Shown piece by piece: positions 1-9,316 of a stretch of DNA of 64,000 nucleotides. Position 1 is the stretch's first letter, and the number at the start of each line of letters is the position of its first letter. The DNA is from Verrucomicrobiaceae bacterium (GTDB taxonomy: Bacteria > Verrucomicrobiota > Verrucomicrobiia > Verrucomicrobiales > Akkermansiaceae), in assembly GCA_051252135.1 (NCBI GenBank), contig JBPOGH010000001.1:544001-608000 (forward strand), read 5' to 3'. Both the position numbers and the translations under genes were made by a program. The notes under the pieces were generated by a model. That model was not told the DNA's origin. It did not search any database and saw only the letters and a program-made list of their open reading frames with translations.

Positions 1-724
1 ACTGCCCCGTCTTGAAGGTCACAAACCCGTGAGCCGCAGCCTCCACGTCGGTCTTGCCATCCGCATTGTCAGGAATTCCCCAAGGCCCCTTGTGCCCCGG
101 ATCATTGATAAACGTATCATAGGTCCGCCCTAACACACTCGCAGGTTCGGGATAACCCATGAAATACATCGCAAGGTCAACCATATGCAAAAGATCAATC
201 AAGGGACCGCCACCCGAAAGCGCCTTGGTCGTAAACCACCCCCCGAATCCCGGGATCCCGGTGCGACGAATCCACTTCGATTGCGCCGAGTTAATCGTCC
301 CCATCTCACCCGCGGAAATTAACTTCATCAACTCACGGGACTCCGGACGGGCCCGATTGTTGAAGTTGAACATGAGCTGCTTGCCCACGGCTTGGGATAC
401 ACTCATCATCTCTTCCGCTTCGTCCGCCGTAAGAGCAGGTGGCTTTTCGCAAAATACGTGCTTCCCGGCCCGAAGACACTGCAGGGCCAGAGGCGCGTGA
501 AACTTGTTCGGCACGATGATGCTCACCGCATCCAGCACCGCCTTTTCCAGCATCTCCTCGACGCTCTCAAAGGCCAACGGAATATCCCATTCCTCGGCTG
601 CCTTTGCAGCCGCGCCGGGCGCAAGGTCCGCCACTGCCACAATTTCGCCACCACCCTGACGGAAACCTGCCGCATGATACTGCAGCATGCCTCCGGCACC
701 AATTACACCAATTTTTGTCGCCAT
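1..724 (-). CDS. Gfo/Idh/MocA family NAD(P)-dependent oxidoreductase (3' end beyond window edge)
   Basis: Not in ORF track because it runs off the edge. Manual translation from ATG at 724: MATKIGVIGAGGMLQYHAAG...LDAVSIIVPNKFHAPLALQCLRAGKHVFCEKPPA; Rossmann GxGxxG-like and CEKP motifs. Confidence 0.9.
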   Translation of the reverse strand, partial: MATKIGVIGAGGMLQYHAAGFRQGGGEIVAVADLAPGAAAKAAEEWDIPLAFESVEEMLEKAVLDAVSIIVPNKFHAPLALQCLRAGKHVFCEKPPALTADEAEEMMSVSQAVGKQLMFNFNNRARPESRELMKLISAGEMGTINSAQSKWIRRTGIPGFGGWFTTKALSGGGPLIDLLHMVDLAMYFMGYPEPASVLGRTYDTFINDPGHKGPWGIPDNADGKTDVEAAAHGFVTFKTGQ

Positions 725-737
725 GATCTTATTCTAA

Positions 738-1796
738 TTACTGATTGTCGCCGTCGAAGGCGGAGTCAAACATCCCGCCTTCATTGCGCGGGAAGTCCAG
801 AGACTTGGTAAAGGCGCAACTCTCGGTCGCACCGTGGAAACGCTCCATCCGGCCGTCTTCCCATTCCACCGAAAGCGGTCCGGAATAACGCGTGTCGTTA
901 AGCGCCACAATGATCTCCTCAAAGTTGATGTCGCCTCGACCCACCGAGCGGAAATCCCAAAAACGTCGGGCATCGGTGAAATCCGTGTGTCCACCAAAGA
1001 CACCCACCGTTCCGTCACCGTGACCCCACCAGACATCCTTCATGTGGACGTGGTAAATACGGTCCGGAAACTCACGGATGAAACGCACGTAATCCACCCC
1101 CTGATAACCAAGGTGGCTCGGATCATAGTTGAACCCAAAACGCTTGTGTCCCTTCACCGCTTCGATCGCCCGGGCCGCCGAAGCAATATCGAAGGCAATC
1201 TCCGTCGGGTGCACTTCCAGCGCAAAATTCACGTCCACCGCATCAAAGGCATCCAAAATCGGGCCAAAGCGCTTTCCAAAATCATCAAAACCCTTCTGCA
1301 GGTAGGCCTGGTCCGTTGGCGGGAAGGCATAGAGCGCGTGCCAAATGCTCGACCCCGTAAATCCATTCACCACCGCACCGATCCCCGACTGCGGAGAACG
1401 CCCGGCCATGTAATCCTTGCCCGCATCGATAAACTTCCGGCACGCCTTACCCGCGTCAATCATCTCCTGGGCCGCACGCTGGCGCACTCCCTCGGGATCA
1501 CCATCGCCATAAACATGAGGAGGAAGGATCGCCGCGTGACGCTCATCGATGTGGTCACAAATCGCCTGCCCCACCAAGTGAGACGAAATCGCAAAGCAGG
1601 AAAGGTCGTTTTTCTTCAAAAGCTCCCACCGACCTTCCACGTAACCTTCTTCATTAAGCGCTTTCTGGACGTCAAAATGATCGCCCCAACAGGCGAGTTC
1701 CACCCCATCGTAGCCCATTTCTTTGACTTTGGGCAAAAGTTCGGCAAGAGGAAGATCGGCCCACTGGCCGGTGAAGAGTGTGACTGGTCTGGACAT
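738..1796 (-). CDS. Sugar phosphate isomerase/epimerase (xylose isomerase-like TIM barrel, AP_endonuc_2)
   Basis: 352 aa; GYDGVEL, FALEVHP, FNYDPSH, HVHMKD, LSVEWED metal-binding motifs; 13 bp upstream of the Gfo/Idh/MocA gene. Confidence 0.88.
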   Translation of the reverse strand: MSRPVTLFTGQWADLPLAELLPKVKEMGYDGVELACWGDHFDVQKALNEEGYVEGRWELLKKNDLSCFAISSHLVGQAICDHIDERHAAILPPHVYGDGDPEGVRQRAAQEMIDAGKACRKFIDAGKDYMAGRSPQSGIGAVVNGFTGSSIWHALYAFPPTDQAYLQKGFDDFGKRFGPILDAFDAVDVNFALEVHPTEIAFDIASAARAIEAVKGHKRFGFNYDPSHLGYQGVDYVRFIREFPDRIYHVHMKDVWWGHGDGTVGVFGGHTDFTDARRFWDFRSVGRGDINFEEIIVALNDTRYSGPLSVEWEDGRMERFHGATESCAFTKSLDFPRNEGGMFDSAFDGDNQ

Positions 1797-1877
1797 GGTA
1801 GTGATTTAATTGAGTTGATCTAAAAGTTCGCTCCCAAACGTCTACGCGGAACGAAAAGTAACTTTCCAAAAAATGAG

Positions 1878-2258
1878 TCAAATCGACTCACCTTCAAGCT
1901 TGGATTTGGACGAAGACAAGAGTTTGGGAATAACTCTGACCCAGTGATGGATCAGGAGACTCAAAAGAGCCAGGAACAGAAGGTTCAGCCACTTCCATCG
2001 AAAGGTGACGGTGAAGCCGTTTTCATCCGAGAACACATCCAGAATCATCTCCTTCGGACCTTGAAGCTTCCTTTGAGGGTAAACCCTCACCGCCTCATAA
2101 AAAAACGAGGAATACCGCTCCTCACTGCCACCATCCTCGGAAATTACAACTGAAGAAAACAAAGGCACGTGCCCCCTTTCAATCAACAACCGGTCCAAAC
2201 TCCCCAAACCCAAAAACACGACTGCCGTTAGCAAAACGATCAAGGCCCTGATCTTCAC
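1878..2258 (-). CDS. Small hypothetical membrane protein (two hydrophobic segments)
   Basis: GTG at 2258 overlaps the vapC stop (GTGA), preceded by GGGAGGGAGG; N- and C-terminal hydrophobic helices. Confidence 0.6.
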   Translation of the reverse strand: MKIRALIVLLTAVVFLGLGSLDRLLIERGHVPLFSSVVISEDGGSEERYSSFFYEAVRVYPQRKLQGPKEMILDVFSDENGFTVTFRWKWLNLLFLALLSLLIHHWVRVIPKLLSSSKSKLEGESI

Positions 2259-2680
2259 CCTGCCCCTCCCTCCCACGGATTCAAAAGATCAATCGCAAGA
2301 TCATCGAAATCCCCCACGTTTCGAGTCACCAAGGTGAGACCCAAAACCCTCGCACTGGCAGCAATAAGACTATCTTCGACGGTCCGGGTCCGCATTGCCA
2401 AGATCCGCCCCGCCTCTTCGGCAATTTCCGCAGTCACCGGAAACACCCGTCGGGAAAACAACGGCTTCACGTGGTTCTCAAACCAAAACTCTAAAACCTT
2501 CGCAAATTCAGCGTCTTTCCTCGCAACCTGACCGATTCCTTTGCGAATCTCCATCAGACTCACCGCACTCAAAAAACACTCACCGGGCGCAACCGAAGCC
2601 TGCCATTCACGGACACCCGGGTCACATCGCTTCGGGTTGCGCAAAGCCGAGAGAACATTTGTATCAAGCAGGTAAGGCAT
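2255..2680 (-). CDS. vapC: Type II TA toxin, VapC/PIN domain
   Basis: YLLDTNVLS, SLMEIRKG, DSLIAASA, LVTRNVGDF, LLNPW: canonical PIN motifs. Confidence 0.93.
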   Translation of the reverse strand: MPYLLDTNVLSALRNPKRCDPGVREWQASVAPGECFLSAVSLMEIRKGIGQVARKDAEFAKVLEFWFENHVKPLFSRRVFPVTAEIAEEAGRILAMRTRTVEDSLIAASARVLGLTLVTRNVGDFDDLAIDLLNPWEGGAG

Positions 2681-2683
2681 CGC

Positions 2684-2926
2684 TTAGAATTCCAGCTCCC
2701 TCGCAAGGGTCTCACCACGTGAAAATTCAAAATCCTCTCGATCGCACATCTCAAATTTCTCGCAGCCCAGCGCCTCCAAAAGACTGCTTGGCTCACGGTC
2801 TGACTGCATCGCAACTTCCCTCTCAATCAACGTAGCCACCCAGCGCGAAAGCGAGGTTCCCGCATCGACTGCGCAGTGTTTAGCCTTTTCCCCTAGCGAA
2901 TCTTGCAACTTCAAGGTCACATTCAT
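2684..2926 (-). CDS. Antitoxin with ribbon-helix-helix N-terminus (VapB-like)
   Basis: MNVTLKLQDSLGEKAKHCAVDAGTSLSRWVATLIE; acidic tail; ends 3 bp before vapC start. Confidence 0.8.
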   Translation of the reverse strand: MNVTLKLQDSLGEKAKHCAVDAGTSLSRWVATLIEREVAMQSDREPSSLLEALGCEKFEMCDREDFEFSRGETLARELEF

Positions 2927-2930
2927 GGTG

Positions 2931-2954
2931 AGCACAGTAGCACAGAAACACAGA
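2931..2954 (-). promoter_or_regulatory. Three tandem 8-bp repeats upstream of the antitoxin start (candidate autoregulatory operator)
   Basis: + strand AGCACAGT AGCACAGA AACACAGA, 4 bp from the ATG at 2926. Confidence 0.5.
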
Positions 2955-2958
2955 CTTC

Positions 2959-4515
2959 CTAGTCAGAACTCTGACTCTTTAAAAACGCCTCAAACCTCGG
3001 AAGCACCTCAGCATAGATCGCCTTCGCGCCCTCTTCCGGGAGAATCGTCGATCCTTCCTTCGGACGACTAAACTGCCCTTCAAGAGCCTCCAGGTCCCCT
3101 CCGGTCGCCGCCGCAGCCCGCATCCCGGCTCCCACCGCCGCAGATCCCGGCACATCAAGCCGGTCCACCGGCACCCCAAAGACATTGGCAATCACCTGCG
3201 CAATTCCATCATTCGCCGACGCCCCGCCCGTGATCGAAATCCGCTCCGGCGCAATCCCCAGCCACCCGTAATGCAGGCGCATGTTCAAAAACTGCCCCTC
3301 AACCACCGCGCGCACCACACGTGCCGCCTCCTGGCTCCCATCCTCCGATAGCACCGCACTCCCCGTATCCAGACGGGGCGTAATCTCAGGCTCATAGAAT
3401 GGCAGCATCATCAGCCCTTCATTCCCCAGCGGAGTCTCGGCAAGCGCATCTTTTTCAAAAGCACTCCACTCCAGCCCATACTGCTCCTTCACCCGCTCCC
3501 GGGCCAACGACCCATTCTTGAAGCAAATCAGACTCATATAACCGCCCGCCGGATTACCAAAAGCATGCCCATAACCCTGCGGATCCGTCCGTGGCTCCGG
3601 CATTGCCGCAAACAAGGTATCACTCGTCCCCAAACTGATCACCACTTTCCCCGGCCGCGCCGCCCCCATCCCCACCAAACTGCAAGGATTGTCTCCCGAC
3701 CAGATCACCGTCTCGCACTCCGGAGAAAACCCATACTTCTCCACGAAGTAATTCGAAATTGGGCCCGATCCCGTAGCCGACGGCGCAACCGGTGGCAGTT
3801 TGTCCCCCAGCCCGTCTGCCGTCGCCGCCACCAAAGCGTCATCCCAATCACCCGTGGCCAAATTCATGAGATTCATCCCCGCTCCATCACCGTGATCAAT
3901 CGCCACATTCTTCCCGGCCAAAATGCTCGCAAAATACGAACTCACCAAATGAATGATCCCCGTCTCGGCATAAGCCTCCGGCTCCGTCCTTGCGAACTTC
4001 CGAATCTGCGAGCCCGTAAAGCGCTCCACCATAATCGAGCCGGAGCGACGACACACTTCGTCATTCCCGCCCACCGCTTCCGCAATCTCGGCACATTCCT
4101 CCGAGGTCGAACTATCCATCCAAATCGGCGAACTCTTCCGCGTCAAACAACCCGCCAACTGGCTACTCAAATCCTGCCCCGCATCCAGCGAAGCCAGTTT
4201 CTCACCAAAGCATCCCCGCAGATAAACACTCCCGTGCTGCTGACCTGATCCCGACACCGCCGTCACCGACGAAAAGTCGACCCCATCAGCCTTCATCCGC
4301 CCCAGAAGCAGATCAAGAGCCTCAACCCACATCAAGGGATTCGAGTGCACCTCGCCCCGCGCTCCTGATTCATCATAGCCATGGGGCTGACCAAAATGAG
4401 GCAGGTCTTTTCCAAAATTCACCGATGCTTCAGTCAGGATCTTTCCTGAATCCGTATCGAGAATAACAGCTGAGAGGCTTTGCGTGGAGGAATCTAAACC
4501 GAGAACGTTTGGCAT
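2959..4515 (-). CDS. xylB: Xylulokinase, FGGY family (eukaryote-like subtype)
   Basis: Start at ATG 4515 (MPNVLGLDSSTQS); SGSGQQHGSVY, PIWMDSST, ERFTGSQI, SLGTSDT, CFKNGSLARE, ITGGAS; directly downstream of xylA. Confidence 0.88.
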   Translation of the reverse strand: MPNVLGLDSSTQSLSAVILDTDSGKILTEASVNFGKDLPHFGQPHGYDESGARGEVHSNPLMWVEALDLLLGRMKADGVDFSSVTAVSGSGQQHGSVYLRGCFGEKLASLDAGQDLSSQLAGCLTRKSSPIWMDSSTSEECAEIAEAVGGNDEVCRRSGSIMVERFTGSQIRKFARTEPEAYAETGIIHLVSSYFASILAGKNVAIDHGDGAGMNLMNLATGDWDDALVAATADGLGDKLPPVAPSATGSGPISNYFVEKYGFSPECETVIWSGDNPCSLVGMGAARPGKVVISLGTSDTLFAAMPEPRTDPQGYGHAFGNPAGGYMSLICFKNGSLARERVKEQYGLEWSAFEKDALAETPLGNEGLMMLPFYEPEITPRLDTGSAVLSEDGSQEAARVVRAVVEGQFLNMRLHYGWLGIAPERISITGGASANDGIAQVIANVFGVPVDRLDVPGSAAVGAGMRAAAATGGDLEALEGQFSRPKEGSTILPEEGAKAIYAEVLPRFEAFLKSQSSD

Positions 4516-4628
4516 GACTTTTGCTGGTTTGAGAGTGCCGTGATGCTTGGTTCGGCGCGGGGAAACCACCATGGGATTCGTGTCCCTGGTTTCCCTGCGC
4601 TTCACCACAACCGGCGGTTGGGTTTCGA

Positions 4629-5939
4629 CTAAAGGTAATCGTTGAAGAGATTCTCGAGACGCTCCTGACGTCCGCTCGCAAGCTGCGGCGGCGTGATTCC
4701 CTGTGCATATTGATCAAGGGACTCAAGGCTCGCCTTGCCGGACTCAATGTCCGCGCCAACACCCGCATCGTAACTCGAGTAGCGGGTCTTCACGAACTCG
4801 TCGAAACGACCGTCTTCGATGATCTTCGACGCAACCTTCAAGCCACGGGCAAAGGCATCCATGCCACCAATGTGCGCGTGGAAAAGATCTTCCGGCTCGT
4901 GGCTTTCACGACGTCTCTTCGCATCAAAGTTCAATCCACCGGTCGTAAATCCACCCATCTTCAAAAGACGGAGCATCACATTCGTTGTCCCGTAAAGATT
5001 GGTTGGGAACTGATCCGTATCCCAACCCAGAAGCTCGTCACCGCGGTTCGCATCAATCGATCCCAGCGCATTCGCACCCATCGCCACCTCAAGCTCGTGC
5101 TCCATCGTATGGCCCGCAAGCGTCGCGTGGTTCGTCTCAATGTTCAGCTTGAAGTGATCCAGAAGGTCATATTCCCGCAGGAAGTTCAAGCAGGCCGCCG
5201 AATCGGAATCATACTGGTGCGTGGACGGTTCCCGTGGCTTCGGCTCAATGTAAAACTGCCCCTCGTAGCCAATCTTCTTCGCGTAATCGACCGCCATGTG
5301 CAGGAACGCCGCCAGATGATCCACCTCGCGCTTCATGTCCGTATTGATCAATGAACCGTATCCTTCACGACCACCCCAGAAGGTGTAGCCCGGCCCACCC
5401 AGACGATGCGTCGCATCAATCGCATTCTTCACCTGGCTCGCACCGTAGGCAAAAACGTCGGCACTCGGAGAAGTCGATGCCCCCTGCGCATACCGCGGAT
5501 GACTGAAAAGACACGCCGTGCCCCAAAGAAGCTTCTTCCCGCTCGACTTCTGGAACGTCTCCAGCTCATCCACCACGCGGTGGAACATCTCGTGCGTCTT
5601 CGCCAGAGTCTCGCCCTCGGGAGAAATATCACGGTCGTGGAAGCAATAGTAATCGATGTCGATCTTCTCCAGAAACTCAAAGAACACCGGCACTCGGCCC
5701 AAAGCATTCTCCAATGTCTCCTGCCCGTTGTCCCAGGGCATCAGAGCCGTTCCATCACCAAAGGGATCACCCAGGCCATTGCGCATGCAGTGCCAGTAGG
5801 CCGCACCAAAGCGCATGTGCTCGCGCATCGTCTTCCCGCCGATCACTTCGTCGGGATTATAGTGGTGGAAGGCCAAAGGGTTATCGGAGTCAGGCCCCTC
5901 GTATTTGATCTTGGGAATGGTCGGGAAATATTCGGACAT
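4629..5939 (-). CDS. xylA: Xylose isomerase (class II)
   Basis: Start ATG 5939 ([15 protein letters not shown]); [44 protein letters not shown]. Confidence 0.97.
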   Translation of the reverse strand: MSEYFPTIPKIKYEGPDSDNPLAFHHYNPDEVIGGKTMREHMRFGAAYWHCMRNGLGDPFGDGTALMPWDNGQETLENALGRVPVFFEFLEKIDIDYYCFHDRDISPEGETLAKTHEMFHRVVDELETFQKSSGKKLLWGTACLFSHPRYAQGASTSPSADVFAYGASQVKNAIDATHRLGGPGYTFWGGREGYGSLINTDMKREVDHLAAFLHMAVDYAKKIGYEGQFYIEPKPREPSTHQYDSDSAACLNFLREYDLLDHFKLNIETNHATLAGHTMEHELEVAMGANALGSIDANRGDELLGWDTDQFPTNLYGTTNVMLRLLKMGGFTTGGLNFDAKRRRESHEPEDLFHAHIGGMDAFARGLKVASKIIEDGRFDEFVKTRYSSYDAGVGADIESGKASLESLDQYAQGITPPQLASGRQERLENLFNDYL

Positions 5940-6061
5940 TGTATTGGTTGGTAAAATTTCGGTCGCAGCTCGTTCTCTGCGCACTTGGAAGCTAGCAGAA
6001 AAACCTTTCAAATAGCCATGATCGAAACCATCGTTCTTTTGTCTTAATTCGTCACCACCCG

Positions 6062-6826
6062 ATGACCGCAAACCACAGCTCCATTGGAGAAAACGCCAAG
6101 TTTGACGAGTTTCTTTCTCGCCTCCGCTCAGGACAAATCGCCCTCGGCTTGTTCGAAGCCCTCCCCGAGGTCATGTTCTGGCTCAAGGACGAACAAGGAA
6201 AAATCATCTTTGCCAACCGCGCCTGCGCCGAGGTCCTCCGCTCCACGCCCGCTGCCCTTGTAGGCAAAACCGATCACGAGCTCTATCCCGCCGCCATGGC
6301 TGCCGTTTACAAACGGGACGACAAAAAAGTCTTCCGCACCGGCAAGCCCATGCAGAACAAACTCGAACTCCTCACCCGCCCCGATGGAAGCATCGAATGG
6401 CGCATGGCCTCCAAAATCCCTCTCTTCGACCTCAATGACACCGTCATCGGTACCGCCGGCATCTCACGACGCCTCGAGCACGGAGAAGGCCCACCGCTCC
6501 CCACTCCCCACCGCGCCATCTCGGAATTGATCGATCACATCAACGAGCACCTCGAAGAACCCCTCACCGTTCAGGAGCTCGCCGGGCGCGCCGGCATGTC
6601 CGTCAGCAGCCTTGAGCGCCGCTTCAAAAAATACCTCGGCACCACCCCCAAGCGCTACCTCGTCCACGCCCGCATCGCCGAAGCATGCACCCGCCTCATC
6701 AACACCACCCTCAGCGTGGGACAAATCGCCAACTCCCTCACCTATCAGGAGCACGCCTCCTTCACCCGTGCCTTTATATCAGTCATGCACATGAGCCCCC
6801 GCGATTACCGGGAGTTCTACCGGTAG
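6062..6826 (+). CDS. AraC family regulator with N-terminal PAS domain
   Basis: [14 protein letters not shown]...[10 protein letters not shown]...KIPLFD...GTAG (PAS), then AraC HTH ([27 protein letters not shown]); divergent from xylA. Confidence 0.9.
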   Translation: MTANHSSIGENAKFDEFLSRLRSGQIALGLFEALPEVMFWLKDEQGKIIFANRACAEVLRSTPAALVGKTDHELYPAAMAAVYKRDDKKVFRTGKPMQNKLELLTRPDGSIEWRMASKIPLFDLNDTVIGTAGISRRLEHGEGPPLPTPHRAISELIDHINEHLEEPLTVQELAGRAGMSVSSLERRFKKYLGTTPKRYLVHARIAEACTRLINTTLSVGQIANSLTYQEHASFTRAFISVMHMSPRDYREFYR

Positions 6827-6870
6827 GACATCTTTCCGGAATAAGTCCACCAACCGACTCTCCAACCCCC

Positions 6871-7257
6871 ATGAAACCCGCAGTTGCCTGGATTCTCCGC
6901 ATCGTTCCCGCCTTCATCATGGGGCAAACCCTCGTCTTCAAATTCCTGGGAGCCGCGGAATCAAAAGCCCTCTTCACCACCCTCACTGAAAAGGCCCTCG
7001 GCAACCCCGGCCTCGAGACCGTCGCCCGTCTGGGCACCGGAGTCGCCGAACTCGTCGCCGTCATCCTCCTTCTCATTCCCGGGCACACCGCAAAAGGCGC
7101 CCTCCTCACCATCGGCCTCATGGGGGGCGCACTCGCCAGCCATGTCGCCTTCCTCGGCTTCGCAGGCACGAACGGACAACTCGCCGTCATGGCAGTCATC
7201 GCACTCCTCTGCGCAGCCACCTACCTGGCGCTCAGCCGCAAAGCCTCGCGCCGATAG
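6871..7257 (+). CDS. DoxX family membrane protein
   Basis: ATG 6871; ILRIVPAFIMGQTLVFKF, GVAELVAVILLLIP, LMGGALASH. Confidence 0.8.
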   Translation: MKPAVAWILRIVPAFIMGQTLVFKFLGAAESKALFTTLTEKALGNPGLETVARLGTGVAELVAVILLLIPGHTAKGALLTIGLMGGALASHVAFLGFAGTNGQLAVMAVIALLCAATYLALSRKASRR

Positions 7258-7272
7258 GGAAAAATCAGCCCC

Positions 7273-9114
7273 TTACTTCATGAGCGAACCCATCAGCTCG
7301 TTCATGCCGGCAATGATGCCCGCCGGATTCTTAACCAGTCCCGCAGCAAGCAATGCATTGTCCGTAAGCTGATGGGCCACCTTGCCCGCCAGCTCCTCGT
7401 TCTCCCCTTTCAGTGCATGAAGTTTGGCTACCAACTCGTGATTCGGATTCACTTCAAGACGGGCTTTCATTGCCGGAGCATCCTGCCCCATCGCCTCCAT
7501 CATTGCGCGCAGCTGGCCACTCGGCGCATCCTGTGACTGCAATGCCACCACCGGGTGGGACACCAACCGCTTGCCGGCTTCCACTTTTTCAACCTTGTCT
7601 CCCAAAGTCTTGCCCAACCATTCCACAAGGTCCTTGGTATCCTCTTCACTCAGCTTGGTCTCGGTGTCAGCCAAATCATCCAGCTCAATGTCGGCACGAT
7701 CCGCGCTCACCAGCTTCTTCCCTTTGAACTCACGAAGGGTCTCCATGATGTAGTCGTCCACCGAATCGGTAAACAATGCCACTTCGATCCCGCGCTTTTG
7801 GAACGCTTCCAAATAAGGACCGGTCATCATCTCATCCCGATCCGTCCCCGTAAGATAATAAATGGTATCCTGATCCTCCTTCGCCCGTGTCAAATAGTCA
7901 CCCAGCGAGGTCTTCTCACCCGCATCAAGCATGCTTGATTCAAATCGCAAAAGCCCCGCCAGCTCTTCCTGCTGATCCATCGAGGTTGCAATCCCCTCTT
8001 TAATAAAGCGGCCAAAGCGATCAAAAAACTCCTGATACTTCCCGGGCTCATTCTTGGCCTCACTCTTGAGATGCTTAATGTAGCGCTTCGTTAGCAAGCG
8101 ATTGAGCTTCTGCACCAGCGCGCTGTCCTGCATCGACTCCCGGGAAATATTCAGCGGCAAATCTTCGCTATCCACCACTCCTTTTAGGAAGCGCAACCAC
8201 TCGGGAAGCAAACCCTGTGGCTCGGCATCAATAAGAACCTTACGGCAATACAAGGAAACACCGGACTTCATCTGCCCCATCCCGAACCGTTCGTGATTCT
8301 CCTCGGGCGTAAAGAGCAATGCATTCAGATTGATCGGCGCATCCGTGCTGAAGTGCATCGTGTGCCGGGGCTTGTCGAAGGCGTGGGCGCAGTACTTGTA
8401 AAACTCCTCATACTCCTCCTCGCTGATGTCCTTCTTGGACTTCAGCCAAATTGCCTCCACCGTATTGACCAGCTCGCCATCCAACTTCAGCGGGAAGGAA
8501 ACAAAACGCGAGTAACGATCAATGATTCCCTTGATCGTATCCCCTTTCGCAAACTCCCCGGCATCTTCTTTCAGGTGCACCACCACGCGCACCCCTCGCT
8601 GCTGCTCTTCCACCTCTTCAATGGTGTATCCCGTCTGCCCGTCACTTGACCACTTCAGCGACTCCGCTCCCTCATCCCAGGAATGGGTGTAAACCTCCAC
8701 CTTGTCCGCTGCCATGAAGGCCGAGTAAAAACCGACCCCGAACTGGCCAATCACCGAGGCGTTGGCATCCCCCTTCTCTTTAAGAGCCTCCAAAAACTCC
8801 TTCGACCCCGAACGCGCAATCGTGCCCAGATTCGCCGCCAACTCCTCACGATTCATCCCGATCCCGTGATCGGCAAACGTGATCGTCTTCGCTTCCTCAT
8901 CCGTCGTGATGTTGATCTCCAGCGGAAGATCACCCTGATAAATCGTGTTCTCCGTCAGCTGCTTCAGGCGCAACTTCTCAAGGGAATCAGACGCATTCGA
9001 GATCAGCTCACGAACAAAAATCTCCTTATCCGTGTAAAGGGAATGAATGACGATATCGAGAAGCTGACGAACTTCGGCCTGGAAGGACTGTGTTTGGGGC
9101 TGTGAATCGCTCAT
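7273..9114 (-). CDS. htpG: Molecular chaperone HtpG (Hsp90)
   Basis: FQAEVRQLLDIVIHSLY, FVRELISNASD, IGQFGVGFYSAF, GVVDSEDLPLNISRE; start ATG 9114. Confidence 0.97.
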   Translation of the reverse strand: MSDSQPQTQSFQAEVRQLLDIVIHSLYTDKEIFVRELISNASDSLEKLRLKQLTENTIYQGDLPLEINITTDEEAKTITFADHGIGMNREELAANLGTIARSGSKEFLEALKEKGDANASVIGQFGVGFYSAFMAADKVEVYTHSWDEGAESLKWSSDGQTGYTIEEVEEQQRGVRVVVHLKEDAGEFAKGDTIKGIIDRYSRFVSFPLKLDGELVNTVEAIWLKSKKDISEEEYEEFYKYCAHAFDKPRHTMHFSTDAPINLNALLFTPEENHERFGMGQMKSGVSLYCRKVLIDAEPQGLLPEWLRFLKGVVDSEDLPLNISRESMQDSALVQKLNRLLTKRYIKHLKSEAKNEPGKYQEFFDRFGRFIKEGIATSMDQQEELAGLLRFESSMLDAGEKTSLGDYLTRAKEDQDTIYYLTGTDRDEMMTGPYLEAFQKRGIEVALFTDSVDDYIMETLREFKGKKLVSADRADIELDDLADTETKLSEEDTKDLVEWLGKTLGDKVEKVEAGKRLVSHPVVALQSQDAPSGQLRAMMEAMGQDAPAMKARLEVNPNHELVAKLHALKGENEELAGKVAHQLTDNALLAAGLVKNPAGIIAGMNELMGSLMK

Positions 9115-9135
9115 AATGGTAATGTTTCGGGCGGG

Positions 9136-9163
9136 AAAATACCCATCATCCCCCACCTGTCAA
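9136..9163 (-). promoter_or_regulatory. Sigma70-type promoter candidate for htpG
   Basis: TTGACA-N16-TATTTT on - strand. Confidence 0.45.
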
Positions 9164-9241
9164 CGGTCCGTCTGGCCAAGATAAATACGAAACCACCCCC
9201 TAATTTGCTCCTGTCATTCAAATCCCCAAACTTTCCGGCCC

Positions 9242-9271
9242 TTGCCCCCCTTTTTCCTTTAGAAAATATAA
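9242..9271 (+). promoter_or_regulatory. Sigma70-type promoter candidate for the 2-oxoacid oxidoreductase operon
   Basis: TTGCCC-N18-TATAAT, 45 bp upstream of ATG 9317. Confidence 0.5.
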
Positions 9272-9316
9272 TGCCGTGCTATCTCCACCACACTCTTTTC
9301 ACCAGCATCCTATCTT

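Noticed and set aside
9115..9316. CIRCE box for htpG or Rex box for korAB
   Set aside because: No match to either consensus was found by eye.
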